The translations under genes and the position numbers were made by a program. Below, piece after piece: positions 12,905 through 24,449 of a stretch of DNA of 64,000 nt (positions within the stretch are counted from its first letter, which is position 1; each line of letters begins with the position of its first letter). Source of the DNA: Hypanus sabinus (taxonomy: Eukaryota); contig NC_082716.1 in the NCBI RefSeq assembly GCF_030144855.1, positions 53,816,001-53,880,000 of the forward strand. The letters run 5' to 3'. The notes under the pieces were generated by a model, which was not told the DNA's origin, did no database searches, and worked only from the letters and a program-made list of their open reading frames with translations.

Positions 12905-13145
12905 AGAAATTGGAGTAATACACACAAAATGCTGGAGGAACTCAGCAGGCCAGGCAGCATCCATGGAAAAGAGTAAACAGGCAACACTTCAGGCTGAGAC
13001 CCTTCATGGTGATGAAGGGTCATGATGAAATGTCAATGTAATCTGTTTACTCTTTTACATGGATGCTGCCTAGCCTGCTGGGTTCCTCCAGTATTTTCTA
13101 TGTGTTACTTGGACTTCTAAAATCTGCAGATTTCCTCATGTTTAT
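12905..13145. repeat. Palindromic repeat, probably derived from Penelope-like element termini
   Basis: CACACAAAATGCTGGAGGAACTCAGCAGGCCAGGCAGCATC arm followed by its reverse complement. Confidence 0.7.
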
Positions 13146-13309
13146 GCAAAAAATTGGAGTGCTTTCATACAATGCTTTAGACAATTGCATCTTTATTTTC
13201 ATTATAACATTCAAGATGATTATCGATACCTTCAAGTTCTTCATGGTTCTTAACATATTGAAGTAGTGGACTCACTTCAATTTGACTCATGGTCATTTCT
13301 GGCATCTCC

Positions 13310-13635
13310 AAACCCAATTATTGGGGACCCAAGTCAACCCAACCACGAACTGTCCCAGCTGCTACCATCTGGGAAATGGTACCATAGCATAAAAGCCAGG
13401 ATCAGCAGGCTCCAGGGCAGCTTCTTCCACCAGGCCATCAGACTGATTAATCCATGCTAATACAATTGTATTTCTATGCTATATTGACTGTCCTGTTGTA
13501 CATACTATTTACTACTACTATTTATTAAAAATTACTATAAATTGCACCTTGCATACTTAGATGGAGACATAACGTAAAGATTTTTACTCCTCGTATATGA
13601 AGGATGTAAGAAATAGTCAATTCAATTCAATTCAA
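13310..13635 (+). mobile_element. Rex/Babar-like LINE 3' fragment
   Basis: Translates as DPSQPNHELSQLLPSGK..SFFHQAIRLIN; (CAATT)n tail. Confidence 0.7.
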
Positions 13636-13754
13636 AACAGTTCTGAATTGTCTAACTGCTTATTTCTCAACAACTATCAATGTCAAAAATCACTGCTTTT
13701 TGAAGTAAACACACACAACTGTCACTATTTAAAAAAAAATCACTCTGTGTATGG

Positions 13755-13851
13755 TAACACACACAAAATGCTGGTGGAACACAGCAGGCCAGGCAGCATC
13801 AATAAGGAGAAGCACTGTCGACGTTTCGGGCCAAGACCCTTCATCAGGACT
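13755..13851 (-). repeat. Half copy of the palindromic repeat with a hammerhead ribozyme core
   Basis: Minus strand reads GTC-CTGATGA-AGGGTCTTGGCCC-GAAAC-GTC-GAC (13850-13817). Confidence 0.7.
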
Positions 13852-13873
13852 ATGTATGGTGTAGTGTCTAAAG

Positions 13874-14923
13874 CAGGAGTGGGCAAACTTTTTGACTTGT
13901 GGGCCACAAAGGGTTCTAAAATTTGACAGGGGGGGCCAGACCAGGAGCAGATGGATGGAGTGTTTTGGTAATACACCTCATAAGAGAAAATAAAATATCA
14001 TGGGATATGTAGAAAACATGTGCTTTAATTTCAATTGAAAATGAACAAATGCATTACAACAAAATATCTGTCTTTGAAGTCCCATGGTATTTAGCTATTT
14101 ATTGAAATGACTTTTAAAACACTGAAAATTAAATGAATAAAATACAGCTTTTTTAATAGTAACAGTTATTATTTTAAAGCACTGAAAATTCTGTTATCCT
14201 TCAAGATATTATCATCATCACTCTCCTCCTGACTGTCTTTATTTCAAAAACGGTAGGAGATGCAGGTCTACTTGTCCTGCTCCTTCTTATTCAATTGTCC
14301 CCTGTGCCAAAACTCAACAACGACCAGCACAAAGACAGAACAGTGACAGCGCGCCTGTATGCAGAGCGAGTTATTTGATCTGGAGCGCATTTTTTATTTT
14401 GAGAACGTACGTGCACCTGCGCACTACTCATGTCCATCACTTAACAGAAATGACATGTAATATGTAAGGCTTATTGAAAAAAATATTTTCAAATGCATTT
14501 TTTACATAACACAACGAAAAAACTTATTTTTAATTTCAGTGGGAACAGTGTTGTTGGTCTCCCTTTTTAGCCAGCGCATCAAAGTCTGGATTTAGTTTTG
14601 TTGTGGCGATTCTCAGGATGGATCTGAGGTGTTGGTCAATTAACTTGGATCTGTGTCTGGCTTTGTTGATGTTCATGACACTGAACGCCTGTTCACACAA
14701 ATAGGTCGAGCCGAACAAAGAGTAAAGCGCAAATGTGGAGTAATACGCTGCACCTCAACAAAGGTCAATGTATATAGAGTGTGTCATCTATTGGGAAAGC
14801 GCCAGAATTGCAGGGAAAAAACGTTAACAAGGTTTATTAATATAATTTCATCAAGTTCTGCGGGCCGGATAAAAAGCTTAACGGGCCGCATATGGCCCGC
14901 GGGCCGTAGTTTGCCCATGCCTG
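13874..14923 (-). mobile_element. Internally deleted hAT (Charlie-like) DNA transposon
   Basis: TIRs CAGGAGTGGGCAAACT / AGTTTGCCCATGCCTG; perfect 8-bp TSD GTCTAAAG (13866-13873, 14924-14931); transposase C-terminal remnant FGSTYLCEQAFS..SH at 14536-14718. Confidence 0.95.
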
Positions 14924-15346
14924 GTCTAAAGCAATGTCAGTGCACATGACTGATGGCAGTTAGAAACTGCATGGTAACAGTCACCTGCCCCAATTAAGCG
15001 AATAGTGTACCAAATAAATGAAAGGAATCCTGCCTATTCTCTCGATTAGATTTTGTTCTTTAAGAGTTGTTCCAAATAAATGGTTGCCCCAATTAACTGA
15101 TGGCCTGATTAACTGGAATCCACTGTATTGCATAAAGGTTAAATGTGCTGTTCTGTTGAAAGAGATGAAATATCATTCTATATCTTACCAGACATTTTCT
15201 GGGATGAAGGGCTGAAGAAGTATTATTGCACAACTGAAATGTGACACTTCATGTTAATAATCATGAGATCTGTTAAAAAGGAAAACAAAATTCTCTATTT
15301 GAATTTATGGAAAATTAAATTCATTGATTTCTTTTGTTATTTATAG

Positions 15347-15579
15347 ATGCTATCTTGAAGACGGTGCTTCAAAGGGCGCATGGTTGAACCGGTCCAGTAT
15401 CATCTTTGCGGGGAACGACAAATGGTCTGTGGACCCACGTGTGTCAATCGTATCAGGCATTAAACAAGAATATAGTCTTCAGATTCAGAAGGTTGAAGTC
15501 ACTGATGATGGCCCATATACCTGTTCAGTCCAGACACAATACAATCCCAAGACATTACAAATGCATTTGATAGTGCAAG
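15347..15579 (+). CDS. NEGR1: Neuronal growth regulator 1 (IgLON), internal exon encoding Ig domain 1 (exon 2 equivalent, 233 bp)
   Basis: Encodes [44 protein letters not shown], with the NEGR1-type [21 protein letters not shown]. Acceptor TTATAG, donor G|GTAAG; ends in phase 1. Confidence 0.96.
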
Positions 15580-18032
15580 GTAAGCCTTGTGAAAACATAG
15601 TGAGGGATGCAATAAAGCATTAATCCATCAGATATCAAAGAAAGAGCATGGACTTTACTAAGCCCTGTTATAGTTCAGTAACTTATTATACTGATTGTGT
15701 GTTAATGTCCTTTTTTAACTCAATTTTCTTCTCTTCTAATGCTGATGTCACATGATTTAAAAAAACACTTCCCTCTGGTACTGGAGCAAGAGCCCAATGT
15801 CTTCCTTCTTTGATATAAACACTTTAAAATACTAAGCGTTATTTGATCCTCACTCAGATCATCAGCAGTGTTCAGAGGATCACAAGCTCAAGGACATTGT
15901 TCCCTCCGGTGAAGGGCTGAGAAAGTAATGCTGCACAACTGAAATGGGAGATTCTTCATGTTAGAGCTGGTCCCTCACTGTGGCCAGCTCGAAAACTCAG
16001 ATTGCTACTCCTAAGATTAACCAAATAAGTATGGTCTAATCTGAAATGAATACTGGGATAGATAAAATTCATTCTGAACAGTTCATTCGTAGCTGAGATT
16101 CACTTTAAAATAGCAAATAAAATTCTGTCAGATTATCTCTGAAGTTACAAATTTTAAAGGTGGTATAAAATATCTTTAATTTATGTAATATATTAATATA
16201 TTCTTGAGTCATCCCAAATGGTTGTAAAACTAATAATTACTCTGTGACATATTAGAGTAATATGTTTGGTCACTGCCCAGGAAAGTATGGTAGAATTATG
16301 GTACTGTTGGAGTTTAAGCTCACAAAAGTGTAGATGTTCAAGTGTCTGAATCTGATACTTGATATCATTGTTACTTTGAATCCGCCAGGCAGTAGTTTTA
16401 ATTTTAGCTATAATTTCTTTTGCATAGCAGTGACTATTCATACACAGTGTGAACCAAACATTGGTTTGCTTTAATGCAAGGAAACATTTCATTAGAATAG
16501 GTTTTAGTTATTGATTCTGTTATTTTTGTATTTCAATGCAATTAATACAATCATGCATATTATCCACTATACTTAATTTCCAGAAAGCAAAGGTAAATAT
16601 CTTCCATGATAATATGGAAAATGCAGGGCCATGAGATCTAATTTTTTGCAATAGATATATGTCCATGGTTTTATCACTTAAAAGCTACACAGGCTTTAAA
16701 AAGAGACATTGCCTAGAAAAAGAGCCATTTGTACATTTTTTCATATATTTTAGATCAAAAGTGTTTTGCATCTGATTTGAACTAAGTCCGCCCATTCCAT
16801 GTTGAGATTGCTTCCTTTCAAAAATTAGCACTTTGTTTCATTTTCCAGACACAGAATAATTTCCCTATTATACTTTGTAAATGTGATAAGACATTCAAAT
16901 TCTAGGGGCTGTTTTAATTATTCCATGACAAAAATTCCATCCTATTATTGCAACGTGTGACCTTTAAAAATAACTCAAATGGAATTCAAGTCACTCCCAT
17001 GTTGCATTCATAGAAAAATGTCCATGTCACAGTTTTCCATTAGACAAAATTGCATATTCTAAGCATGTGCTGGGAAATATAAATTCTGGAAAAGTGAATT
17101 TTATTCCATAGTAAACTGTGAATCCTGAAAAGGTGAATTTCTGCATCTAAAGTGGCTGTAAGGTGAGGCTCGACTGCACATTACAGAAAAGGAAATGCAT
17201 GTGAATTAATTAAATAGCAAAAAAAAACACAGATGTTGAAAATCTGAAATATATACAGAAATTCTGGGAACTCACATTAAATGAAGTAAATGCCTTTGTT
17301 TCCCACTCCACAGTTGCGGCCTGGCCTGCCAAGTATTTCCATCGTTATCTATTTAGATGTGTGAATAAAACTGAGAACTGAGAGCATTGTTTTCCTCTTT
17401 TAAAAATACATCCCTTGTAATTTTTAATAAATCCCTGCTGTAAATTGCAGACCCACCAGTGAATGCCATGGCAGCTGCCTATCTACAGAATGGCTGCCAT
17501 CTGTGAAATACATCCACTGGGAGCAAACCACACAAATAGTTCTTTAAAGCAAGGACGTCCAACTTTCAATATTTTTGTGTGATTTCAGATTTGGCATTAA
17601 AGTTGTAAGAAGTGCCTAATTATCAAATAAAAACTGCCTGAATTTGAATTTCTAGGTAAAAAAAAATAAGGAATTTATTTGAATATCTTGAAGCACAGGT
17701 TTGGTCACATCTGAAGTATTGAGTTACAATGTGTTAAGAATGATGTAAAGTCTGTTAAAAGAGGGTGCAGAAAGATTTCCCAGAATAGTTCTCTTTAAAG
17801 CAAATGAATTTGAGTGGTGACTTCATGTAGTTGATCAGTCAATGTACTGATTAAAATAATCCATTTTCAATCTCTGAAAGGCCAATTACAGATGCCACTG
17901 ATTTAATGTGGCTGGAATAAGAACCAGAGAAACCAGGAATAAAAATTATTTTATTTATACTGCCTACACAACAGTGAAGTAGATGCAATTGAAATTTGCC
18001 AAGTATTTGAAGGAAACAGGATTGCAGTGTAT

Positions 18033-18546
18033 GGGGTATCTAGGGAGGGGTAGCACCTCTGATCGGGGGGGGGTCCTGCCAAGCCCTTTTTCAGGGCAGC
18101 TGGTCTACCTTTGGTCCCCACCTGTGGCTCCAAGTAGTGTAACATGCACAGCGGCCACACCCTGGTAAACCGTCTCAGCAGACGGGCCAAACCAGGTGAG
18201 GGTAGCTGACGGGTCTTCAACCCCCAGTGAGGTAGAGAATCTGTCTATCCCAGTGTGTGAATTCTAGCTTTGGCAGATTGAGCGGAGGAGACCGATTAAT
18301 GGTCCAGCGGTCAAAAAGGCAGGCCAGAAGGTGCTGGTGGAGCCCTAAGAGCACAACGAGGCATTTAGATGTCCTGGTCATCCACTGCAAGAGGCGGTGA
18401 TCTCTTTAACCTCACCTGGCAGCAGGCAAAGGCAAACCACTGCTGTAACCTGCCACGTACAGGATTTCCCAATATGTCAGAGCGGCGTGGAGGGAAATCG
18501 TCCGCCAATTGGAAATTCCAGGTGCGACGCAACGATGATGAAGATT
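18033..18546 (+). mobile_element. Short non-autonomous RTE-like retroelement with HDV-like ribozyme fold at the 5' end
   Basis: GC-richer block with pseudoknot pairings at 18033-18198, a GGDLFNL..AK snippet resembling RTE RT, and a (GAT)n-like tail. Boundaries approximate. Confidence 0.6.
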
Positions 18547-18820
18547 GCAGTAATACTAGGATGGAACCAGGGAATAGGACTAATTGTTACACTTATAAGA
18601 AATTTGTAGATGCTCGAGAGTCCAACTGCCCTCCTGAAGTAAAATGATTCTGAGAAGCTTTAAGGCAATTACAGGTCATAAAAAATAGGAAAGAAAATAA
18701 TCAATATCAAAGATAGACTTCATGACTCCAAGTTTGATTTTAAAAGCATAGAGATTTTAGGAGAACACGAACTCTGATTGAAAAAAAGTTGTTCAACTTT
18801 TCAAAGGTTATCCGTTGGAC

Positions 18821-19034
18821 TGTGGCGACCCACTTTCTGTGCAGGCGAACCGGCTCACAAGTAGCCAGCGCATGGGAGCAGACTTTGGTAATGCACCTCT
18901 GACGTCATTTCCGCCCGGAAAGGGCGGGCGCTAGGAATTAAATGCCAGTGCTGCGAAGTTTGAATAAAGTAGTCTCCAAATGACTTACCGCCTGCGTGTC
19001 ATTATTTCAGCGCTGTGTGTAGCACATCACTACT
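18821..19034 (+). repeat. 5' LTR of the Gypsy element
   Basis: TGTGGCGACC...CACTACT; AATAAA present; direct repeat of 23020-23232. Confidence 0.93.
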
Positions 19035-19035
19035 T

Positions 19036-19048
19036 TGGTGACTCCGAC
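19036..19048 (+). promoter_or_regulatory. Primer-binding site (tRNA-Trp type)
   Basis: TGGTGACTCCGAC, one mismatch to TGGTGACCCCGAC, the complement of the tRNA-Trp 3' end; lies just after the 5' LTR. Confidence 0.8.
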
Positions 19049-19073
19049 AGTCCAAACAGGATTTGGACCAAAG

Positions 19074-22000
19074 ATGACCGACTCTTCATCTGTCCACGCA
19101 GTTTCGCTAAAACTGCCAACTTTCTGGAAGCTGCAACCATGTGTGTGGTTTAACCAGGCAGAAGCCTGTGGTGAACTACATATACCTGTCTGGACACGCC
19201 CCCCCCCCCCCCCCCCCCCGCTGACTGCTCCTGTGGCTCTTCCTACAGACCCCTGTATAAAGGCAATTGGAGGCATTGCTCCTCCCAGTCTCCAGGATGT
19301 CGTATGGTGATCTTTTGCTGCTGACTGCTCTCTTCCAGTGAATAAAAGCCTCACGTCTCCGAGAGTTATTGATGGTGCATCAAAAGCCCAGTTCCAGATT
19401 CAGCAGATATCCTCTGATTCCACGTGTTACTACCACGTGGTGAGCACCCTTGACCAGGAGACGGCCGCCCAGGTTGCGGATTTCATACAGTCGCCCCCAG
19501 AAGAAGGCAAATATGAAGCATTCAAAGCGCTGCTCATTGGGATCTTTGGCCTCTCACGGCGTGAGCGAGGTGCCTGCCTGCTTCACCTGGACGGTTTGGG
19601 AGACAGACGGCCGTCAGCATTGATGAACGAGATGCTGTCCCTGGCTGACAGACACAAGCCCTGCCTCATGTTCGAGCAAGCGTTCCTAGAGCAACTGCTC
19701 AAGGACATACATCTGTTGCTGGCTGACGCAGATTTCAGCGACCCCCGGAAGGTGGCGGCCCGGGCAGATATGCTATGGAAAGCCAAGAGGGAGAGCGTGG
19801 CATCCGTCAGTCAGATTACCAGGCCACGCACCCAACAGCGGACCAGATCAGGCCCGGCAGGGGGGCTCACACCACACAGAGGCAGGAGTGAGGAGGCCAG
19901 TGAACAGTGGTGTTTCTACCACCAGCGGTGGGGCACAAAAGCCCGCCCTTGTCGCCTGCCCTACAAGGGCCAGGGCCAGCTGCCACTAATGACTATGGCG
20001 GCTGGCCACCAGGACAGCCTCTTGTACGTCTGGGACAAACAGTTGCGACACAGCTTCTTGGTCGGCACCGGAGCGGAGATCAGCGTCTTGCCCCTGACGG
20101 GTTACGACACCCGCAACAGGAAGCCAGGACCCACCCTGAGGGCCACAAATGGCAGCATGCACAGTGCAGCTGCGGTTCGGCGTCAGCTGGTTCACGTGGG
20201 ACTTCACACTGGCCGCGGTGGCCCAACCACTCCTGGGGGCGGACTTCTTGCGAGCTCACAGCCTGCTGGTCGACTTGCAAGGGAAAAGACTGGTATATGC
20301 CAAGACTTTCCAGACGTTCTCCCTGGGTGAAGCCAAGTTGCTGGCCCCACACCTGGACTCCATCATGCTGTCGGACAACAAATTCACCAGAATCCTGGCA
20401 GACTTTCCATCGATTCTGGCACCGCAGTTCACGTCAGCCATGCCCAGACACGGGGTACAGCACCACATCCTGATCCAGGGACCACCCCTCCACGCCCACG
20501 CACGAAGGCTCCCCCCGGAAAAGCTCCACCTGGCAAAGGAGGAGTTCAAGAGGATGGAGGAATTTGGGATTGTACGGAGGTCCAACAGCCCATGGGCCTC
20601 CCCCCTGCACATGGTGCCCAAAATAGCCGGGGGTTGGAGACCATGCGGCGACTACTGCAGACTGAATGAGGCTACCACTCCAGACCACTACCCCGTGCTG
20701 CACATACAGGACTTTGCAGCAAACCTGCATGGGGCACGAATCTTTTCCAAAGTAGACCTCGTCCGGGGATACTATCAAATCCCGGTGCACCCTGAAGACA
20801 TCCCCAAAAGAGCACTCATCACCCCGTTCGGCTTATTCAAGTTCCTCCGAATGCCGATCGGCCTGAAGAATGCCGCACAGACGTTCCAGCAGCTAACGGA
20901 CGTGGTGGGACGCGACCTGGACTTTGCGTTCATTTATTTGGACGACATCCTTATAGCCAGCAGTTGTTGTCAGGAGCATCTGTCCCACCTCCGCCAGCTC
21001 TACTCCCGCCTGAGTGATTTCGGCCTCACAATCAACCCAGCCAAATGCCAGTTCGGTCTCGATACCATCGACTTCCTGGGCCGCAGGATTACCAAAGACG
21101 GCGCAACACCTCTGCCTGCCAAGGTAGATACAATCCGCCACTTTGCCCGGCCCAACACGGTCAAAGGCCTACAGGAGTTCGTTGGTATGGTGAACTTCTA
21201 ACACCGTTTCCTCCCCTCAGCAGCCCTTTATAAACCCTGATGTCGGGTAAAGGCAAGGACATTACTTGGGACAAGGAGGCCGCGGCCGCGGCCGCTTTCG
21301 TTAAAGCCAAGGAAGCTTTGGCAGATGCCGCGATGCTGGTGCACCCCAGAACGGACGTTCCGACCGCCCTCACGGTGGACGCATCCGACACAGCGGTCGG
21401 TGGGGTGCTGGAGCAGCTCATTGAGGGGCGCTGGCAACCTCTGACGTTCTTCAGCAAGCACCTACGACCACCCGAACTCAAGTACAGTGCTTTCGACCAG
21501 GAGCTGTTGGCACTTTATCTGTCAATCCGGCATTTCAGGTACTTCTTAGAAGGCAGGCCATTCACTGCGTTCACGGACCACAAACCGTTGACCTTCGCAT
21601 TCATGAAGGTGTCCATTCCCTGGTCATCCCGTCAGCAGCGACATCTGTCCTACATCTCCAAGTACACGACAGACATCCAGCACGTCTCGGGAAAGGACAA
21701 CGTCATGGTGGACGCACTCTCCAGACCAGCTGTCCAGGCCCTGTTCCTGGGGGTGGACTATGCAGCACTGGCGGAGGCGCAGCAGGCAGACGACGAGATG
21801 CCCAGCTACAGGACCACAGTCTCGGGTTTGCAGCTGCAGGACTTTCTTGTAGGCCCAGGTGATAGGACCCTCCTGTGCGACGTGGCTACTGGCCAACCTC
21901 GCCCCATCGTCCCGGCAGCATGGAGGCGGCGAGTTTTCAACTCCCTACATGGTTTGTCGCACCCATCTATCAGGACAACCATCTGGCTGGTCTCCAGCAA

Positions 22001-22975
22001 GTTTGCGTGGCACGGACTTCGCAAGCAGGTCAGTGAATGGGCCAGAACGTGCACGCAGTGCCAAACAGCCAAGGTGCAGCGGCACACTAAAGCCCCGCCG
22101 CAGCAGTTGAAACCCACGCACCAGAGGTTCGACCACATTCATGTGGATATCATGGGCCCCCTACCAGTGTCCTGAGGAGTGCGGTACCTCCTAACTATGG
22201 TTCACGAGGTGGCCAGAGGCGGTCCCGCTCACCGACACATCTACCGATTCCGGCGCCCGAGCACTGATCGCAATCTGGGTAGCACGGTTCGGGGTACCGG
22301 CCCACATTACCTCCGACAGAGGTGCCCAGTTCACCTCCACCCTGTGGTCGGCTGTGGCCAGCCTGTTGGGAACGCAGCTACACCACACAACTGCCTACCA
22401 CCCACAGTCAGACAGACTGGTGGAACATTTCCACCGTCACTTGAAGTCAGCTCTCATGGCCTGCCTGAGAGGGCCTAACTGGGTGGACGAGCTTCCCTGG
22501 GTCCTGCTTGGAATTCATACAGTGCCCAAAGAGGATTTGCACGCCTCGTTGGCCAAGTTGGTGTACGGCGCGCCCCTGGCCGTCCCGGGAGAGTTCATAC
22601 CAGCCCCAAGGGGGCAAGAGGAAGAACCTGCAGCAGTCCTGGACAGGCTATGTGAAAGGCTCGGCAACCTGGCCCCCGTACCAACTTCACAGCACGGATG
22701 GACCCCGACCCATTTACCCAAAGATCTGCAGAACTGTAAGTTTGTGCTTTTACGAAAGGGCGGACAACGGGCACCGCTACAGCGGCCGTACGAGGGGCCA
22801 TTCAAGGTGATCAACAACAACGGGTCCACATACGTTCTGGACATTGGGGGGAAAGAGGAGGTTTTCACAGTGGACCGACTCAAACCAGCCCATGTCGACT
22901 TGGCGCAGACGGTCGAGGTTCAGGCACCGCGGCACAGAGGCAGACCTCCCAAACAGAGGCTGATCCAGACTGTGG
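19074..22975 (+). pseudogene. Disrupted gag-pol polyprotein
   Basis: Gag begins MTDSSSVHAVSLKLPTFW and is split by a solo LTR. Protease reads LVGTGA (catalytic D absent). Frame breaks near 20150, 21200 and 22200; stops at 21199 and 22173. Confidence 0.9.
19167..19382 (+). mobile_element. Solo LTR of an unrelated family inserted in gag
   Basis: TG...CA ends, TATAAAGG and AATAAA; flanked by GAAGCC/AAAGCC. Removing it restores gag WFNQAEA|QFQI. Confidence 0.85.
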
Positions 22976-23019
22976 ACATTGGGGGGTGTATCGCCGGTTC
23001 TGGGGGGGGGGGGGGGTTA

Positions 23020-23232
23020 TGTGGCGACCCACTTTCTGCGCAGGCGAACTGGCTCACAAATAGCCAGCGCACGGGGGCAGACTTTGGTAATGCACCTCTG
23101 ACTTCATTTCCGCCCGGAGAGAGAGGGCGCTAGGGATTAAGTGCCAGCGCCGCGAAGTTTGAATAAACTAGTCTCGAAACGATTTACCAACTGCGTGTCG
23201 TTATTTCAGCGAGTGTGCAGCACATCGCTACA
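23020..23232 (+). repeat. 3' LTR of the Gypsy element
   Basis: TGTGGCGACC...CGCTACA directly after the poly-G PPT. Confidence 0.93.
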
Positions 23233-24049
23233 GGAGCAGAGATTTTGCAATGAATCTGAGTTATAATGCACTGAGGAGGAATGATAGTTAGCCAGCTATC
23301 ATTAGCACTGAATTTAAGACAAGAAATCAACCACCTGTTGCTTATATAATCACAGAAGAGCCAAAATTGTTCTTGGAGAAGATGCTCACATGGGTACATT
23401 AGAAGACTTGATTTTCCTTTTGTGTCTTCCTGTGGTGTTGGTTTGATGTTGATTTCATCCTGGAGTTTCTTTTAAAGAATGCAATCAAATGCATCTGTTG
23501 TTCTCCCTTCCTTTTCCCTGTCAGAAATGCACTCTGATTTGAATTCAGTCAGAACCACTTAAGCATGGATTATTCATTGTTATTACAGTTTTTTTTGCAC
23601 CTCTGTGCTCTTCTGTTTCAAGGTTTTGCTGTGTTAGATGGCAAGCTGCAGTATTCATTTGCATAGAACACAATTACCTTTCTTCTTTATTGGTTATATC
23701 AAATATAAATACTAAATTATGTATTAATTACCTGACTATCTTTAGTTGGAGGTTTGGAAATGTGGGAAGCCCACATATATGAAAATGTTAATCACATATT
23801 GGATGGCAGTAACTTCCACTGGGATACTGTAGCTATTTCTGAACAAAACAAGAAACAAATCACAATATGCTTACGTAGAATGTAGTTTGTAATTTTGGAA
23901 TAGATTTGAAATGTGTAGACCACCATTGATGCAGAGAAAATATATTCAGCCACTTGAAATTTAGTAGCCAATTTAGCTGCTGTAGTATCTTAATTGTTGG
24001 TTTACTTTTTATTTTTGTAAACCTTATGTTGGGATGGAGCATTTGGAGC

Positions 24050-24430
24050 ACAGGGAGAGACTGGATTGGGTTACTTGCTTTTCCCTGGAGCAGAAGAAGC
24101 CGAGATGGATGATAATTGAAGCACACAAATAATGAGGGCCGTGTGCAGGGTGAAAAGTAGCAAAGCATTTTGTTCCCTCCTTCTGAAGAGATGTCCGTTA
24201 TATAGGTTTAAAGCGAGGGGCAGGGGGAATCGGAAGAAGAATTTTTAACATCCTGATGGTATATGAAACCTGATATACACTAGCTGAGGACTGGTGAAGG
24301 GAGATACCTTCATGATGTTTAAGAAGTGTTTAGATGAAGATGAAATGCAATGATGTGGAAGGCTATCAACTGAATGCTGGGAAATGAGATTAGTGTAGAT
24401 AGATGCCTGGTGGCTGGCATGTATGTTCTA
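24050..24430 (+). mobile_element. Old CR1 3' fragment
   Basis: Decayed match to the CR1 ORF2 C-terminus (TTTTCCCTGGAGCAGAAGAAG...). Confidence 0.55.
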
Positions 24431-24449
24431 AATAAGGAGCCCAATTTAA

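Larger units (their letters stand above)
12594..15125. mobile_element. Non-autonomous Tc1/mariner (Tigger/pogo-like) element carrying nested insertions
   Basis: Imperfect TIRs CAGCAGATTCTGGTTAAT / ATTAACTGGAATCCACTG, TA on both sides, repeated subterminal CCCAATTAA motifs at both ends. Confidence 0.7.
18821..23232 (+). mobile_element. Ty3/Gypsy LTR retrotransposon, CsRn1-like, defective provirus
   Basis: Two LTRs of about 213 bp, tRNA-Trp-type PBS, G-rich PPT at 23002-23016, domain order gag-PR-RT(YLDD)-RNaseH(DAS)-IN(HHCC, GPF). Flanks GGAC/GGAG give an imperfect 4-bp TSD. Confidence 0.95.

Noticed and set aside
1-15346. NEGR1 exon 1 and promoter
   Set aside because: No signal-peptide exon or non-repeat CpG island seen; presumably upstream of the window.
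15324-15623. 99-aa stand-alone ORF
   Set aside because: It is the NEGR1 exon plus intronic read-through on both sides.
19583-22883. Many alternative-frame and antisense ORFs in the Gypsy element
   Set aside because: Expected shadow ORFs of GC-rich pol sequence.
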